Notes under the pieces: generated by a model
What the model was told of the DNA's origin: nothing
What the model saw: the letters and a program-made list of their open reading frames with translations, nothing else
Databases searched by the model: none
Shown: in pieces, positions 41,021-50,121 of the stretch
How the letters are laid out: each line of letters starts with the position of its first letter
Numbering within the stretch: the stretch's first letter is position 1
NCBI GenBank assembly: GCA_949292985.1
Contig: CASFBF010000008.1
Span: 3,400 to 67,399 of the forward strand
Origin: an uncultured Bacillota bacterium
Lineage (GTDB): Bacteria > Bacillota > Clostridia > Christensenellales > UBA1242
Length of the DNA stretch: 64,000 nt
Direction of reading: 5' to 3'
Position numbers and translations under genes: made by a program

Positions 41021-41560
41021 ATGCAATTAAAAGGAAGTAAAACTGAAAAAAATTTAATGGAGGCTTTTGCAGGTGAAAGCCAAGCAAGAAATAAATACTC
41101 TTATTATGCTTCAAAAGCGAAGAAAGATGGTTTTGAACAAATCGCGGAAGTATTTGAAGAGACAGCAAATAATGAAAAAGAGCATGCAAAACTTTGGTTT
41201 AAAGCATTGCATGGCGGTGATGTGCCATCAACCTTAGAGAACTTGCTTGATGCTGCGGCTGGTGAACACGGAGAGTGGACTGAAATGTATGAAAGAATGG
41301 CACGTGAAGCAAAAGAAGAAGGGTTTGCTGATCTTGCATTTAAATTTGCTGGTGTCGCAGCGATTGAAAAAAGACACGAGGAAAGATATAGAAAACTTGC
41401 CGATTTAGTTAAAAATGGAAAGGTGTTTAAAAAGACTGATAAAAAGGTTTGGGTGTGCAGAAATTGTGGGCACGTCTTTGTGGGTAAAGAACCTCCTAAA
41501 ATTTGCCCGGTATGCAATCATCCTCAATCTTATTTTGAAATTTTAAATGAAGAGTTTTAA
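41021..41560 (+). CDS. rbr: Rubrerythrin
   Basis: Ferritin-like EAFAGESQARNKY..EKEHA..GEHGEW..EKRHE plus C-terminal rubredoxin CRNCGH..CPVC. Confidence 0.9.
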   Translation: MQLKGSKTEKNLMEAFAGESQARNKYSYYASKAKKDGFEQIAEVFEETANNEKEHAKLWFKALHGGDVPSTLENLLDAAAGEHGEWTEMYERMAREAKEEGFADLAFKFAGVAAIEKRHEERYRKLADLVKNGKVFKKTDKKVWVCRNCGHVFVGKEPPKICPVCNHPQSYFEILNEEF

Positions 41561-41563
41561 ATA

Positions 41564-41588
41564 AAGATCCGCACAAAGCGGATTTTTA
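41564..41588 (+). terminator. Intrinsic terminator after rbr
   Basis: atccgc-acaaa-gcggat stem plus T-run. Confidence 0.65.
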
Positions 41589-41612
41589 GTATTGCAATAA
41601 GAGAGGGCGGTT

Positions 41613-42338
41613 ATGATTTTTTCAGTAATAATAGCTGTGTTGCTGGTTGCTGCATTGATTTTATATTTCGTGTTAAACAATAAAATAAAAACACCAACCA
41701 TAGCAACTGAAATTTTAATAAATGAATATAATAAAAAGATTGATAAAGTTAACTTGTTGCTAAAAGGCAATAAAGTAGAGATAAATATTTCTAAGTATAA
41801 ATCGTTTATAGAAAAAAGCGAAATCAACTATGATAATATTGAATGTAATATAGAAACAATAGAGAGAATTCAAAAAAACTATAATGTTTTAAATTTGGCG
41901 CTCGCAGACAAAAGTAAGGATCAAATTGAACAAACATTAAAAAAACTTGATGCGCCTTGTAAAATATATCAGTTTGCCGAAGAATTAAAGACTAGCGAAG
42001 AAATGAATAAAATATTTGATATGCTTGGCTATAAAAAAACTAAACTGAATTTCGAATTACAACGATATTTCGGTTCTCAATATTTTTATGAGATAAATGA
42101 TCTGTTGGTTTGTTGTAACAATAAAAAGTTGTTATCTATAAATAGAGATAATATTTTTGGAAATAAGAGTGCTGAATATAAACTAATAATAAAAGAAAAC
42201 GAAGAGAAAGAAAGTGGCAAAGTGTTTGATGTGTCGCTTTTAACAGACTGTGAAATATTACACACAAAAGTTTTTGTGCCACAAAAAGAAAACATAGTTT
42301 TTCTTAAAAGTTTTATTGAAAATAAAAAGAAGCCTTAA
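41613..42338 (+). CDS. Hypothetical N-terminally membrane-anchored protein (241 aa)
   Basis: ORF with one N-terminal TM helix and no recognisable motif. Confidence 0.5.
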   Translation: MIFSVIIAVLLVAALILYFVLNNKIKTPTIATEILINEYNKKIDKVNLLLKGNKVEINISKYKSFIEKSEINYDNIECNIETIERIQKNYNVLNLALADKSKDQIEQTLKKLDAPCKIYQFAEELKTSEEMNKIFDMLGYKKTKLNFELQRYFGSQYFYEINDLLVCCNNKKLLSINRDNIFGNKSAEYKLIIKENEEKESGKVFDVSLLTDCEILHTKVFVPQKENIVFLKSFIENKKKP

Positions 42339-42354
42339 TAAAAGGCTTCTTTTT
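42327..42354. terminator. Bidirectional terminator between convergent genes
   Basis: aagaagcc-loop-ggcttctt stem flanked by A- and T-runs. Confidence 0.65.
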
Positions 42355-42577
42355 AGTCTATCCAAAGAACTTTATCTCTAACAAGCAATGTGATTATATC
42401 AACAAGCCACATGAATGCTATGCCAATGATTATAAGTAATGCGGCTAAAATGATACCCACAAGATTGTCTTTTTTTATGCTTTTTACCAATCTGTAAATA
42501 TTCCAAATGATGTCAAGAACTGGTAATGCAAGCACAATTTTCAGCCATTTTGGAAGACCATCTAATGCTTTTATCAT
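42353..42577 (-). CDS. Small membrane protein (74 aa, 2 TM)
   Basis: ORF with two hydrophobic helices. Confidence 0.45.
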   Translation of the reverse strand: MIKALDGLPKWLKIVLALPVLDIIWNIYRLVKSIKKDNLVGIILAALLIIIGIAFMWLVDIITLLVRDKVLWID

Positions 42578-42701
42578 AATTCACTCCTTTTTATTATTAT
42601 AAGCCTTTTCGTAAAACAAATCAAGAAAATACACGATTTTTTAAATTATGTTTTTGTGGAAACTGCATAATTTATTAAATTATATGAAGCAAATATATGA
42701 T

Positions 42702-43487
42702 TTATTCAAAAATAACTTTAATTTTTGCCTCAACTTTCATAGTTCCTTTAAGTATTGTCGAAGAGTTTGAAAGAGAGGCTTCAATACTTCTATATGGCAT
42801 GCAAGTATAAACATTTTCTTCAATAATTTTTACAACATTTAATGGTTGTGATGAAAGGGCTGTTGCTTTGCTTTTTGCGTCTTCAACTGCAAGTTTTAAG
42901 GCTTCGTTGTAATAAGAAGAAATGTCTTCTACGTCAAAGGTAATGCATCCCAGTCGGTTTGCTCCTAAACTTGTCAAACCTTTAATGTATGTTCCTAAAT
43001 TATTAAGATCTTTGCATTTAAATTCTATAGTGCTACTTACTTGATAGCCAAGAAATCTTTCACTAGTTGAATAGTCGTGTTTTTGATAAATAGAATAATA
43101 CTTTGTTTTTATATCATCTTCCGCTACACCTTTTTCTTGTAAATAATCAATAAGGTTTGAAATCACACCATTGTTTTCATCAAGCGCAACTTGTAGATCA
43201 GCATTTAAACTTTCAACACCAATTTCAACGTATGCTACATCAGGTTGAGCGGTAACTTTCCCTCCGCCTAAAACTATAATTCTGCTGGGAGTTTCATTTG
43301 TGCTTTGTTGATTATTGTCGTTCTGATCGGTTGTAGCATCTTCTTGAATTTCGACTTGCGATGTATTCTCATCAACTTCTGGACTTAATGCTTTAACTTC
43401 AAGGGTGGTTGGTGAAGCAAACACAAATCCAAACAAAGTTGCAAAAACAAGAGCGATACTAAAAATTTTGAAAATCTTATTTTTCAT
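42702..43487 (-). CDS. Secreted SIMPL/DUF541-like protein
   Basis: Signal peptide, then ..TAQPDVAYVEIGVES.. and C-terminal ..GTMKVEAKIKVIFE, typical of SIMPL-domain (26-kDa periplasmic immunogenic protein) family members. Confidence 0.6.
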   Translation of the reverse strand: MKNKIFKIFSIALVFATLFGFVFASPTTLEVKALSPEVDENTSQVEIQEDATTDQNDNNQQSTNETPSRIIVLGGGKVTAQPDVAYVEIGVESLNADLQVALDENNGVISNLIDYLQEKGVAEDDIKTKYYSIYQKHDYSTSERFLGYQVSSTIEFKCKDLNNLGTYIKGLTSLGANRLGCITFDVEDISSYYNEALKLAVEDAKSKATALSSQPLNVVKIIEENVYTCMPYRSIEASLSNSSTILKGTMKVEAKIKVIFE

Positions 43488-43614
43488 AGATACCTCCTAT
43501 GCGCTAAAATGGGTTAAAGATAAATAATTATTCTAAAAAACAAAAATAAGACAAAAAAACCACAAATTTTCGTTTTTTAATGAAAATTTGTGGTTTTTTG
43601 TTTGGATTTAGGCT

Positions 43615-44019
43615 TTATTTGTTCAAATTATAAAAGGTAGCATATTTGTTTTTTTCTGTAACTCTTAATAATGATTCAAAATTTGCGATCTGTTCTTTTT
43701 GTTTAATTGTTATATTTGATTCACACAGAGGAGTGTCAATTTCTGCAAAATATTCACCCTTTAATTCAACATTGTTTTTGCTTATCAAAATTACATTTGG
43801 ATCAAAGACCTGGTTTTTAACAGCCTTTCTTAAATTTTCCAAAGACTGCTTATTTGTAATCATTTGAATTGGGATTAAAAAAGGCGAATTCTTTATTGAA
43901 GCAAAAATAATTTGCTTCGACAAACGATCAAATTTAACATTTTTTTGAGCGCTATGCTTTCCGTCAGAAACAGAAGTGCACACACAGATATTTCCCAGAT
44001 AGTAGTTTTCAATTTTCAT
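43615..44019 (-). CDS. Hypothetical protein (134 aa)
   Basis: ORF with GGAG RBS and a downstream hairpin terminator (43553-43600). Confidence 0.5.
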   Translation of the reverse strand: MKIENYYLGNICVCTSVSDGKHSAQKNVKFDRLSKQIIFASIKNSPFLIPIQMITNKQSLENLRKAVKNQVFDPNVILISKNNVELKGEYFAEIDTPLCESNITIKQKEQIANFESLLRVTEKNKYATFYNLNK

Positions 44020-44218
44020 ATTAACTCCTTAGCATATTTATTCTATTAAATTGGTGGATTGTTGTCAAGATAAAAGTAGCAATTTGTTGACTTTTTTAAT
44101 CTTTTTTTTGTAAATTAAAAAAATTTTTTAAACCAAAAAACATGTCGATTATTATCAAATTAGAACTGTTATGTCCTAAAAACAAGGCAAAGCCAAAACA
44201 GTAAAAAAATGGCTAAAA

Positions 44219-44266
44219 ACACAATATATGTAATTTTTAAAAATCGCTTGACACAATATATAGTGT
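44219..44266. promoter_or_regulatory. Tandem NrdR boxes overlapping the nrdD promoter
   Basis: ACACAATATATGTAAT (44219-34) and ACACAATATATAGTGT (44251-66) with a 32-bp start-to-start spacing. Box 2 overlaps TTGACA at 44248. Confidence 0.75.
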
Positions 44267-44316
44267 TGTGATAAAGTTTGTGTATGCTTACAAAGGCAAC
44301 TAAAAGGAGAGGAAAA

Positions 44317-46689
44317 ATGGACAAAATTATCAAACGTGACGGAAGGATTGTCGACTACGACATTTCCAAAATTGAGAATGCAATTGTTAAGGCAATGCTT
44401 TCTCTTGGAGAGGGGGATGTAAGGGATGCAAGAAAACTTGCAAAGATCACAGAACTTGAACTTACAGAAAATTTTGAGGGAAAACTTCCAACAGTGGAGG
44501 ATATCCAAGATACAGTCGAAAGAGTGCTTATGCGCAATGGTTTCGAAAATGTTGCAAAGTGCTATATTTTGTATAGAAAGAATCATGAAAAAATTAGAAA
44601 TGTTTCAGCAACACTTATGGACTACAAAAACACCATTGATAAATATCTTAAACTTTCTGATTGGCGAGTTAAAGAAAACTCCACGGTTACTTACTCTGTT
44701 GGTGGACTTATTCTTTCTAACTCAGGTGCCATGACTGCAAACTATTGGCTTAGTGAGGTTTATGATAAAGAGATTGCAGATGCCCATAAAAACTGCGATA
44801 TTCATATTCACGACCTTTCTATGCTTACTGGCTATTGTGCCGGCTGGTCGCTTAAACAACTTATTAAAGAAGGTTTGGGCGGGGTGCCAGGAAAAATTAC
44901 TTCTTCACCGGCATCACATCTTTCAACCCTTTGCAATCAAATGGTAAATTTTCTCGGCATTATGCAAAATGAATGGGCAGGGGCGCAAGCATTTTCATCT
45001 TTCGACACTTATCTTGCGCCTTTCGTCAAAGTTGATAATTTAACATATAAAGAAGTAAAACAATGTATTCAATCCTTTGTTTATGGCGTTAACACTCCTT
45101 CAAGATGGGGGACACAAGCGCCTTTCACTAACATCACTCTTGACTGGGTTGTTCCATCAGATTTAGCAGAACTTCCAGCAATTGTTGGCGGAAAGGAACA
45201 AAACTTTAAATACAAAGATTGCAAAAAAGAAATGGATATGGTTAACAAGGCCTTTATTGAAATTATGATAGAAGGTGATGCAAATGGCAGAGGATTCCAA
45301 TATCCTATTCCAACATATTCAATCACCAGAGATTTCGATTGGTCTGAAACAGAAAACAACAAACTTTTATTTGAAATGACAACTAAATACGGAACACCAT
45401 ATTTCTCCAATTATATTAACAGCGACATGGAACCAACTGATGTTAGAAGCATGTGTTGCAGACTTAGGTTGGATTTGAGAGAACTTCGTAAAAAGAGTGG
45501 TGGATATTTTGGAAGCGGTGAAAGCACTGGTTCTGTTGGCGTTGTAACAATCAACATGCCAAAGATTGCATATCTTTCAGCAACAGAAGATGAATTTTTT
45601 GACAGGCTTGATAAAGTTATGGATTTGTCAGCAAGGTCTCTTAAAATGAAAAGAGAAACAATTACAAAACTTTTAGAGGCTGGGCTTTATCCTTATACTA
45701 AGCGTTATTTAGGTTCGTTCAACAACCACTTCTCTACAATAGGGCTTGTTGGAATGAACGAGGCTTGCTTGAACGCTAAATGGGTTAGGGCAGATATGAC
45801 TCAAAAAGAAGCGCAAGACTTTACAAAGAAAGTGTTGAATCATATGAGAGAACGCCTTTCTGATTATCAAGAAAAATATGGCGACCTTTACAACTTGGAG
45901 GCAACCCCAGCAGAAAGCACATCTTACAGACTCGCTAAACATGATAAAGAAAGATTCCCAGATATCATAACTGCAAATGAAGGCAAAACGCCATATTATA
46001 CAAACAGTTCACACCTTCCAGTTGGTTATACAGCCGACATATTTGAAGCGCTTGATATTCAAGATGATTTGCAAACACTTTACACCTCAGGAACGGTTTT
46101 CCATGCGTTCTTAGGTCAAAAATTGGATAGTTGGAAAGCAACTGCTGAACTTGTTAGAAAGATTGCTGAAAACTACAAACTTCCTTACTACACTATCAGT
46201 CCAACATATTCGGTATGTAAAAATCACGGATATATTACGGGCGAAGTTTACACTTGTCCAGACTGCGGAGAAAAAACCGAAGTTTACAGCAGAATTACGG
46301 GCTACTACCGACCTGTTCAAAACTGGAACGATGGAAAGGCGCAAGAGTTTAAAGATAGAGTAACTTATGACATTTCACATTCAGTTTTAAAGAAAAAAAC
46401 TTGTGAATGTGCTCATGAAAAAAATAAGGAGGAGGTAAAAGTTTCGGGGGATACGCCACTTTTGTTTGCAACTAAAACCTGCCCAAATTGCAAAATCGCA
46501 AAAAGAATTTTAGATGCCGCTGGAATTAAGTATATTGTTATAGATGCGGAAGAACAAAAAGACTTAACTTTAAAATACAATGTTAAAAAAGCCCCAACTT
46601 TGCTTGTTCCAAACGGCGACACTTATCTTAGATTTGACAACGCAAGTGAAATAAATAGATATGTTGAGGGGTTAAAGAAAAGAGCATGA
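44317..46689 (+). CDS. nrdD: Anaerobic (class III) ribonucleoside-triphosphate reductase NrdD with C-terminal glutaredoxin/NrdH-like domain
   Basis: ATP-cone MDKIIKRDGRIVDYD, Zn ribbon CKNHG..CPDCG, glycyl-radical motif SRITGYYRPV. Then an extra ~85 aa with ..LFATKTCPNCKIAK.. (thioredoxin-fold CxxC). Start at 44317 after a GGAGAGG RBS. Confidence 0.92.
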   Translation: MDKIIKRDGRIVDYDISKIENAIVKAMLSLGEGDVRDARKLAKITELELTENFEGKLPTVEDIQDTVERVLMRNGFENVAKCYILYRKNHEKIRNVSATLMDYKNTIDKYLKLSDWRVKENSTVTYSVGGLILSNSGAMTANYWLSEVYDKEIADAHKNCDIHIHDLSMLTGYCAGWSLKQLIKEGLGGVPGKITSSPASHLSTLCNQMVNFLGIMQNEWAGAQAFSSFDTYLAPFVKVDNLTYKEVKQCIQSFVYGVNTPSRWGTQAPFTNITLDWVVPSDLAELPAIVGGKEQNFKYKDCKKEMDMVNKAFIEIMIEGDANGRGFQYPIPTYSITRDFDWSETENNKLLFEMTTKYGTPYFSNYINSDMEPTDVRSMCCRLRLDLRELRKKSGGYFGSGESTGSVGVVTINMPKIAYLSATEDEFFDRLDKVMDLSARSLKMKRETITKLLEAGLYPYTKRYLGSFNNHFSTIGLVGMNEACLNAKWVRADMTQKEAQDFTKKVLNHMRERLSDYQEKYGDLYNLEATPAESTSYRLAKHDKERFPDIITANEGKTPYYTNSSHLPVGYTADIFEALDIQDDLQTLYTSGTVFHAFLGQKLDSWKATAELVRKIAENYKLPYYTISPTYSVCKNHGYITGEVYTCPDCGEKTEVYSRITGYYRPVQNWNDGKAQEFKDRVTYDISHSVLKKKTCECAHEKNKEEVKVSGDTPLLFATKTCPNCKIAKRILDAAGIKYIVIDAEEQKDLTLKYNVKKAPTLLVPNGDTYLRFDNASEINRYVEGLKKRA

Positions 46690-47591
46690 AAGATATTTTA
46701 ATAATTGGTGCAGGGGCAGCAGGTATGACTGCTGCTCTCTATGCGCTACGAAATGGCAAAAGTGTTACTATTGTTGAGCAAAACAATATTGGTGGACAGA
46801 TTGCAGAATCACCAAGAGTGGAAAATTTCCCAACAATTATGCAGATTTCTGGCGCTGATTTTGCAGATCGTCTTTTTGAGCAAATAACACAAAGGGGTGC
46901 AGAGTTTGCGTTTGCAAAAATCACAAACTTAATAAAAAAAGAAGGATATTTCGAGGCTGAAAGCGAGTTTGAAAATTTCCAAGCAAAAAGCGTTATTCTT
47001 GCATGTGGCGTAGAGCATAGAAAGTTAGGTTTAACAAATGAGGAAAATTTGATCGGACATGGAATAAGTTATTGCGCACTTTGTGATGGCGCTTTTTATG
47101 CGGGTGAAGATGTTGTGCTAATCGGTGATGCCAACACTGCTCTTCAATATGCACTACTACTTTCTTCTTATTGTAAAAGCGTTCATGTGGTAACTTTGTT
47201 TGATAAGTTTTTCGGAGATGAAGTTCTTGTTGATGCACTTAAAAAGAAAGAGAACATAAAGGTAACACATAATGCTAAGTTGGTTGAACTTATTGGGGAA
47301 GACCAACTTGAAGGTTTGATTTTTGAAAAAAATAATGGTGAGAAAATGGAGTTGAATACCAAGGCTCTTTTTGTTGCAATAGGCCAAATTCCAAACAATA
47401 AAATTTATGAAAAACTTGTTGATTTATCCAAGGACGGATATATAATCTGCGACGAAAACATGGCAACAAAAACACCAGGGCTTTTTGTTGCGGGTGATTG
47501 TAGAGTTAAAAAAGTTAGACAACTTACAACTGCTTGCTCGGATGGTGCAGTTGCTGCAACAAGTGCAAGTTCATATCTTCAAACTTTATAA
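46686..47591 (+). CDS. Thioredoxin-reductase-like FAD/NAD(P) disulfide oxidoreductase
   Basis: ILIIGAGAAGMTAALYA, redox CALCDG, a second Rossmann motif VVLIGDANTA, GLFVAGDC. ATGA overlap with nrdD. Confidence 0.85.
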   Translation: MKDILIIGAGAAGMTAALYALRNGKSVTIVEQNNIGGQIAESPRVENFPTIMQISGADFADRLFEQITQRGAEFAFAKITNLIKKEGYFEAESEFENFQAKSVILACGVEHRKLGLTNEENLIGHGISYCALCDGAFYAGEDVVLIGDANTALQYALLLSSYCKSVHVVTLFDKFFGDEVLVDALKKKENIKVTHNAKLVELIGEDQLEGLIFEKNNGEKMELNTKALFVAIGQIPNNKIYEKLVDLSKDGYIICDENMATKTPGLFVAGDCRVKKVRQLTTACSDGAVAATSASSYLQTL

Positions 47592-47616
47592 ACTGCCATC
47601 GTGGCAGTTTTTTTGT
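47591..47616 (+). terminator. Intrinsic terminator after the TrxB-like gene
   Basis: actgcca-tcg-tggcagt stem plus T7. A TTGACA-17-TAAAAT promoter follows (47618-47646). Confidence 0.7.
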
Positions 47617-47667
47617 ATTGACAAAGAAAAGAAGATGTTTTAAAATATATTTTAGGAGAATATAAGT

Positions 47668-48153
47668 GTGAAGGTTGAAAAGAAGCTTGATAATCCAATT
47701 ACAATAGGGTTTTTGTATGATAAACAACTTTTATATAGTAGTGAGTTTTCAAAACCCTTGCCAGTTGATCCAGGAAGCAGTTTTAAAGAAAAGCATTACG
47801 GGTTCATATTTAAATATGCTGAAAATTATCAGGGTATATATACCAAAGAAAAAAGATTTAAAACGCAATGTGAAATTTCGTCAGTAACAACAATAAATGG
47901 CAAGATTTATATTTATGAAAAAAATAAGTATTTACCGTGGCAAATAAGTTGTACTGGGAATATAGTAAAAGTTGCTATGTTCAGAACAAATAATGCAGAT
48001 GAAAAAAGATATTTAAAGGAAGCCTTTGGTATTGAAAAAGAAGGAGAAATTAAGATAGTAAATAAAGAAGCAGTAGAAGAAATATACAATCCAGATATAA
48101 AAATAAAAAGAATAGAACCAGATAGTTTTACGTCAAAATATTTTATTAGATAA
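47668..48153 (+). CDS. Hypothetical protein (161 aa, GTG start)
   Basis: ORF with its own promoter, a TAGGAG RBS and a terminator. No motif recognised. Confidence 0.45.
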   Translation: MKVEKKLDNPITIGFLYDKQLLYSSEFSKPLPVDPGSSFKEKHYGFIFKYAENYQGIYTKEKRFKTQCEISSVTTINGKIYIYEKNKYLPWQISCTGNIVKVAMFRTNNADEKRYLKEAFGIEKEGEIKIVNKEAVEEIYNPDIKIKRIEPDSFTSKYFIR

Positions 48154-48180
48154 AAAACGCAGAAGAATCTGCGTTTTTTA
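48153..48180. terminator. Bidirectional terminator (47668 ORF / nrdG)
   Basis: acgcaga-agaa-tctgcgt stem flanked by an A-run and a T-run. Confidence 0.7.
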
Positions 48181-48864
48181 GTATCCTCTTAACTCAACTT
48201 TTTGGACATATTTTTGAAGAATAGTTTTAAAAAGCAAAGCCCTATCTTTCGGAATTTTTTGTAGGTTTTGTTCAAGACAGTTGCCACTATCTACAAAACA
48301 TTGCAAGAAAAGTTTTGAAGCACCTTCAAGCCATTTTCCCATTTCTTCTATGCTTTCGTTTGTGTGATGACCTGCAACCAAAGTTGTTCTAAATTCATAA
48401 GGCACAACACCTGATTTTAAAAGGGAAACACTTTTATTTATCGCCGACATATCAACGATTGCTCCTGCCGTTTTTGGATATAGTGATGGTGAATTCTTAA
48501 TATCCATTGCAACATAGTCAACAAGGTTTTCTTCAATCAAATTTTCTAGGAGTTCAGGTTTGGTTCCGTTTGTGTCAAGTTTTACAAGTAAGTTTTTACT
48601 TTTAATTTTTTTTATAAAATTTTTAAGGTCTGGGTTTAGGGTAGGCTCACCACCAGAAATACATAGACTATCTATTATGTTTTTGCGCTTTTCTAAATGT
48701 GCAAAAATTTCTTCTTCCGAATATTGTTCCAAATTTATAACATTAACAAGATCAGAGTTTTGACAAAAAGGACACCTAAAATTGCAACCACCAGTAAAAA
48801 CAGTGGCACACAAGTGTCCTTCAAAATCAACCATTGAAAGTTTTTCAAATCCATAAATTTTCAT
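48178..48864 (-). CDS. nrdG: Anaerobic RNR activating protein (radical SAM) NrdG
   Basis: GGCNFRCPFCQN cluster motif, ISGGEPTL. 228 aa. Confidence 0.9.
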   Translation of the reverse strand: MKIYGFEKLSMVDFEGHLCATVFTGGCNFRCPFCQNSDLVNVINLEQYSEEEIFAHLEKRKNIIDSLCISGGEPTLNPDLKNFIKKIKSKNLLVKLDTNGTKPELLENLIEENLVDYVAMDIKNSPSLYPKTAGAIVDMSAINKSVSLLKSGVVPYEFRTTLVAGHHTNESIEEMGKWLEGASKLFLQCFVDSGNCLEQNLQKIPKDRALLFKTILQKYVQKVELRGY

Positions 48865-48903
48865 ACTAAAATTTTAAGATTTGCAATCAAAAAAGTCAAG
48901 GGT

Positions 48904-49479
48904 TTAAAGTATTTTTGTTATATTTACAACCAAGTTTGACGCATCAATTGTGCTGATGGTGGCTGTGCCATCTGGTGCTAAAAGTTGAAGACCAAATTTT
49001 TGACAAGCGGTTAAAACCACGTCTGTTGTTTTTGTTACAGTTCCACTCACAGATTGCGTTGCGCTTACATTGCTACGGGTGGCAGGCAGAGAAGAAAACT
49101 GAACACCAAACACACCAGTAGTGCCTGAAAGATAGTCGAATGAATACTTAACTCTATAAGTTCCAGAAGATAAAACACTAAATTCATTGGTTGATGAATT
49201 AAAGGTTATTGCTGGACCGCTTGCACTAGTTACTGTGCCCAAATCAAAAAGGTTAGGACTAGTAACTGTTTGACTTGTTATAAAAGAAGTGGTTGCAGAG
49301 TTAAATATTATTCCTGAGTTATTATTTAAGCAAGGACGACAGCAGTCTTCCTGTATTTCTAAAAACAAACATGGTTGTGGGTAGTAATTACAGCAATTGT
49401 TTTGGTTAAACCAGTTGTTTTGGATGTGCCAATTGTTTTGGCAGTTGCAACGGTTGTTGCAATTATTTAAAAAGTTCAT
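48904..49479 (-). CDS. Cys/Asn-rich protein with beta-rich C-terminal domain (possible BclA-C-terminal/C1q-like spore-surface protein)
   Basis: N-terminal 55 aa carry 9 Cys and many Asn/Gln (NNCNNRCNCQNNWHIQNNWFNQNNCCNYY..CCRPC). The C-terminal 135 aa is Ser/Thr/Val-rich (..GTYRVKYSFDY..LVVNITKIL). GGAGG RBS. Confidence 0.5.
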   Translation of the reverse strand: MNFLNNCNNRCNCQNNWHIQNNWFNQNNCCNYYPQPCLFLEIQEDCCRPCLNNNSGIIFNSATTSFITSQTVTSPNLFDLGTVTSASGPAITFNSSTNEFSVLSSGTYRVKYSFDYLSGTTGVFGVQFSSLPATRSNVSATQSVSGTVTKTTDVVLTACQKFGLQLLAPDGTATISTIDASNLVVNITKIL

Positions 49480-49533
49480 ACATACACCTCCTTAGTATAT
49501 GTAAGACCCTATTACATACTATTTAAAACCTTT

Positions 49534-49980
49534 TTATTGTGTTACACTTTCTTCTACAAATGAGTAATAGCAATTTGTGGTTATTCCGTCTAGTGTTGAA
49601 GAAATTTTTATTACATTATTTTCTGCCGTTCCTGTATACATAACCGAGCCGTCGTCATCAGGCAGAAATATAATAATCTCATTGCCATGCAAGAAGTAGT
49701 AATACCCTCCTTCACGGGGGCGTATTCCTTTGTCTTGCGAATAACTAAAAATCGTGTCTTCCTTGTCAATTTCAATGTAATATTCACCGTTGATGTATTC
49801 TTCTAATATGGTTTCTTGCCCAGTTGTGTCTGTTTTTGAAATAGTTGTAAGATTGTATCTTCCTTGTGGCAAAGAGTCAAATTTGATATTAGAAATAAAG
49901 TTATAAAAAAGAAGCATTACAATAATGCAGACACCAATTATAATACTAAATCCAATTAAAAGTTTTTTCCATAAAGCCAT
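49534..49980 (-). CDS. Hypothetical membrane-anchored protein (148 aa)
   Basis: Start at MALWKKLLIGFSIIIGV.. (49980). The longer ORF-track version reads through the structured element at 50024-50102. Confidence 0.5.
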   Translation of the reverse strand: MALWKKLLIGFSIIIGVCIIVMLLFYNFISNIKFDSLPQGRYNLTTISKTDTTGQETILEEYINGEYYIEIDKEDTIFSYSQDKGIRPREGGYYYFLHGNEIIIFLPDDDGSVMYTGTAENNVIKISSTLDGITTNCYYSFVEESVTQ

Positions 49981-50023
49981 ATGTGAATTGTAACATATAA
50001 TAAAAATTTTAGCAATAAAAATG

Positions 50024-50102
50024 GCAACTTGGTAAAGCGCCTGCAAGCGCTTTACTGCCCGCTTCGGGGCAGGTTTTGCTCTACGGCAAAACGCCAAGTT
50101 GC
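50024..50102. other. 79-nt GC-rich four-way-junction (cloverleaf-shaped) palindromic element
   Basis: P1 gcaacttgg/ccaagttgc (9 bp) encloses three hairpins: taaagcgc/gcgcttta (8 bp), ctgccc/gggcag (6 bp) and gttttgc/gcaaaac (7 bp), each with a 6-nt loop. All 30 pairs are Watson-Crick, with 0-1 nt linkers. Confidence 0.6.
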
Positions 50103-50121
50103 AAATAATTAAAAACGGGAA

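Noticed and set aside
44176-44586. 136-aa minus-strand ORF across the nrdD promoter
   Set aside because: It overlaps the NrdR boxes, the promoter and the nrdD N-terminus. Cys/Phe-rich junk-like sequence.
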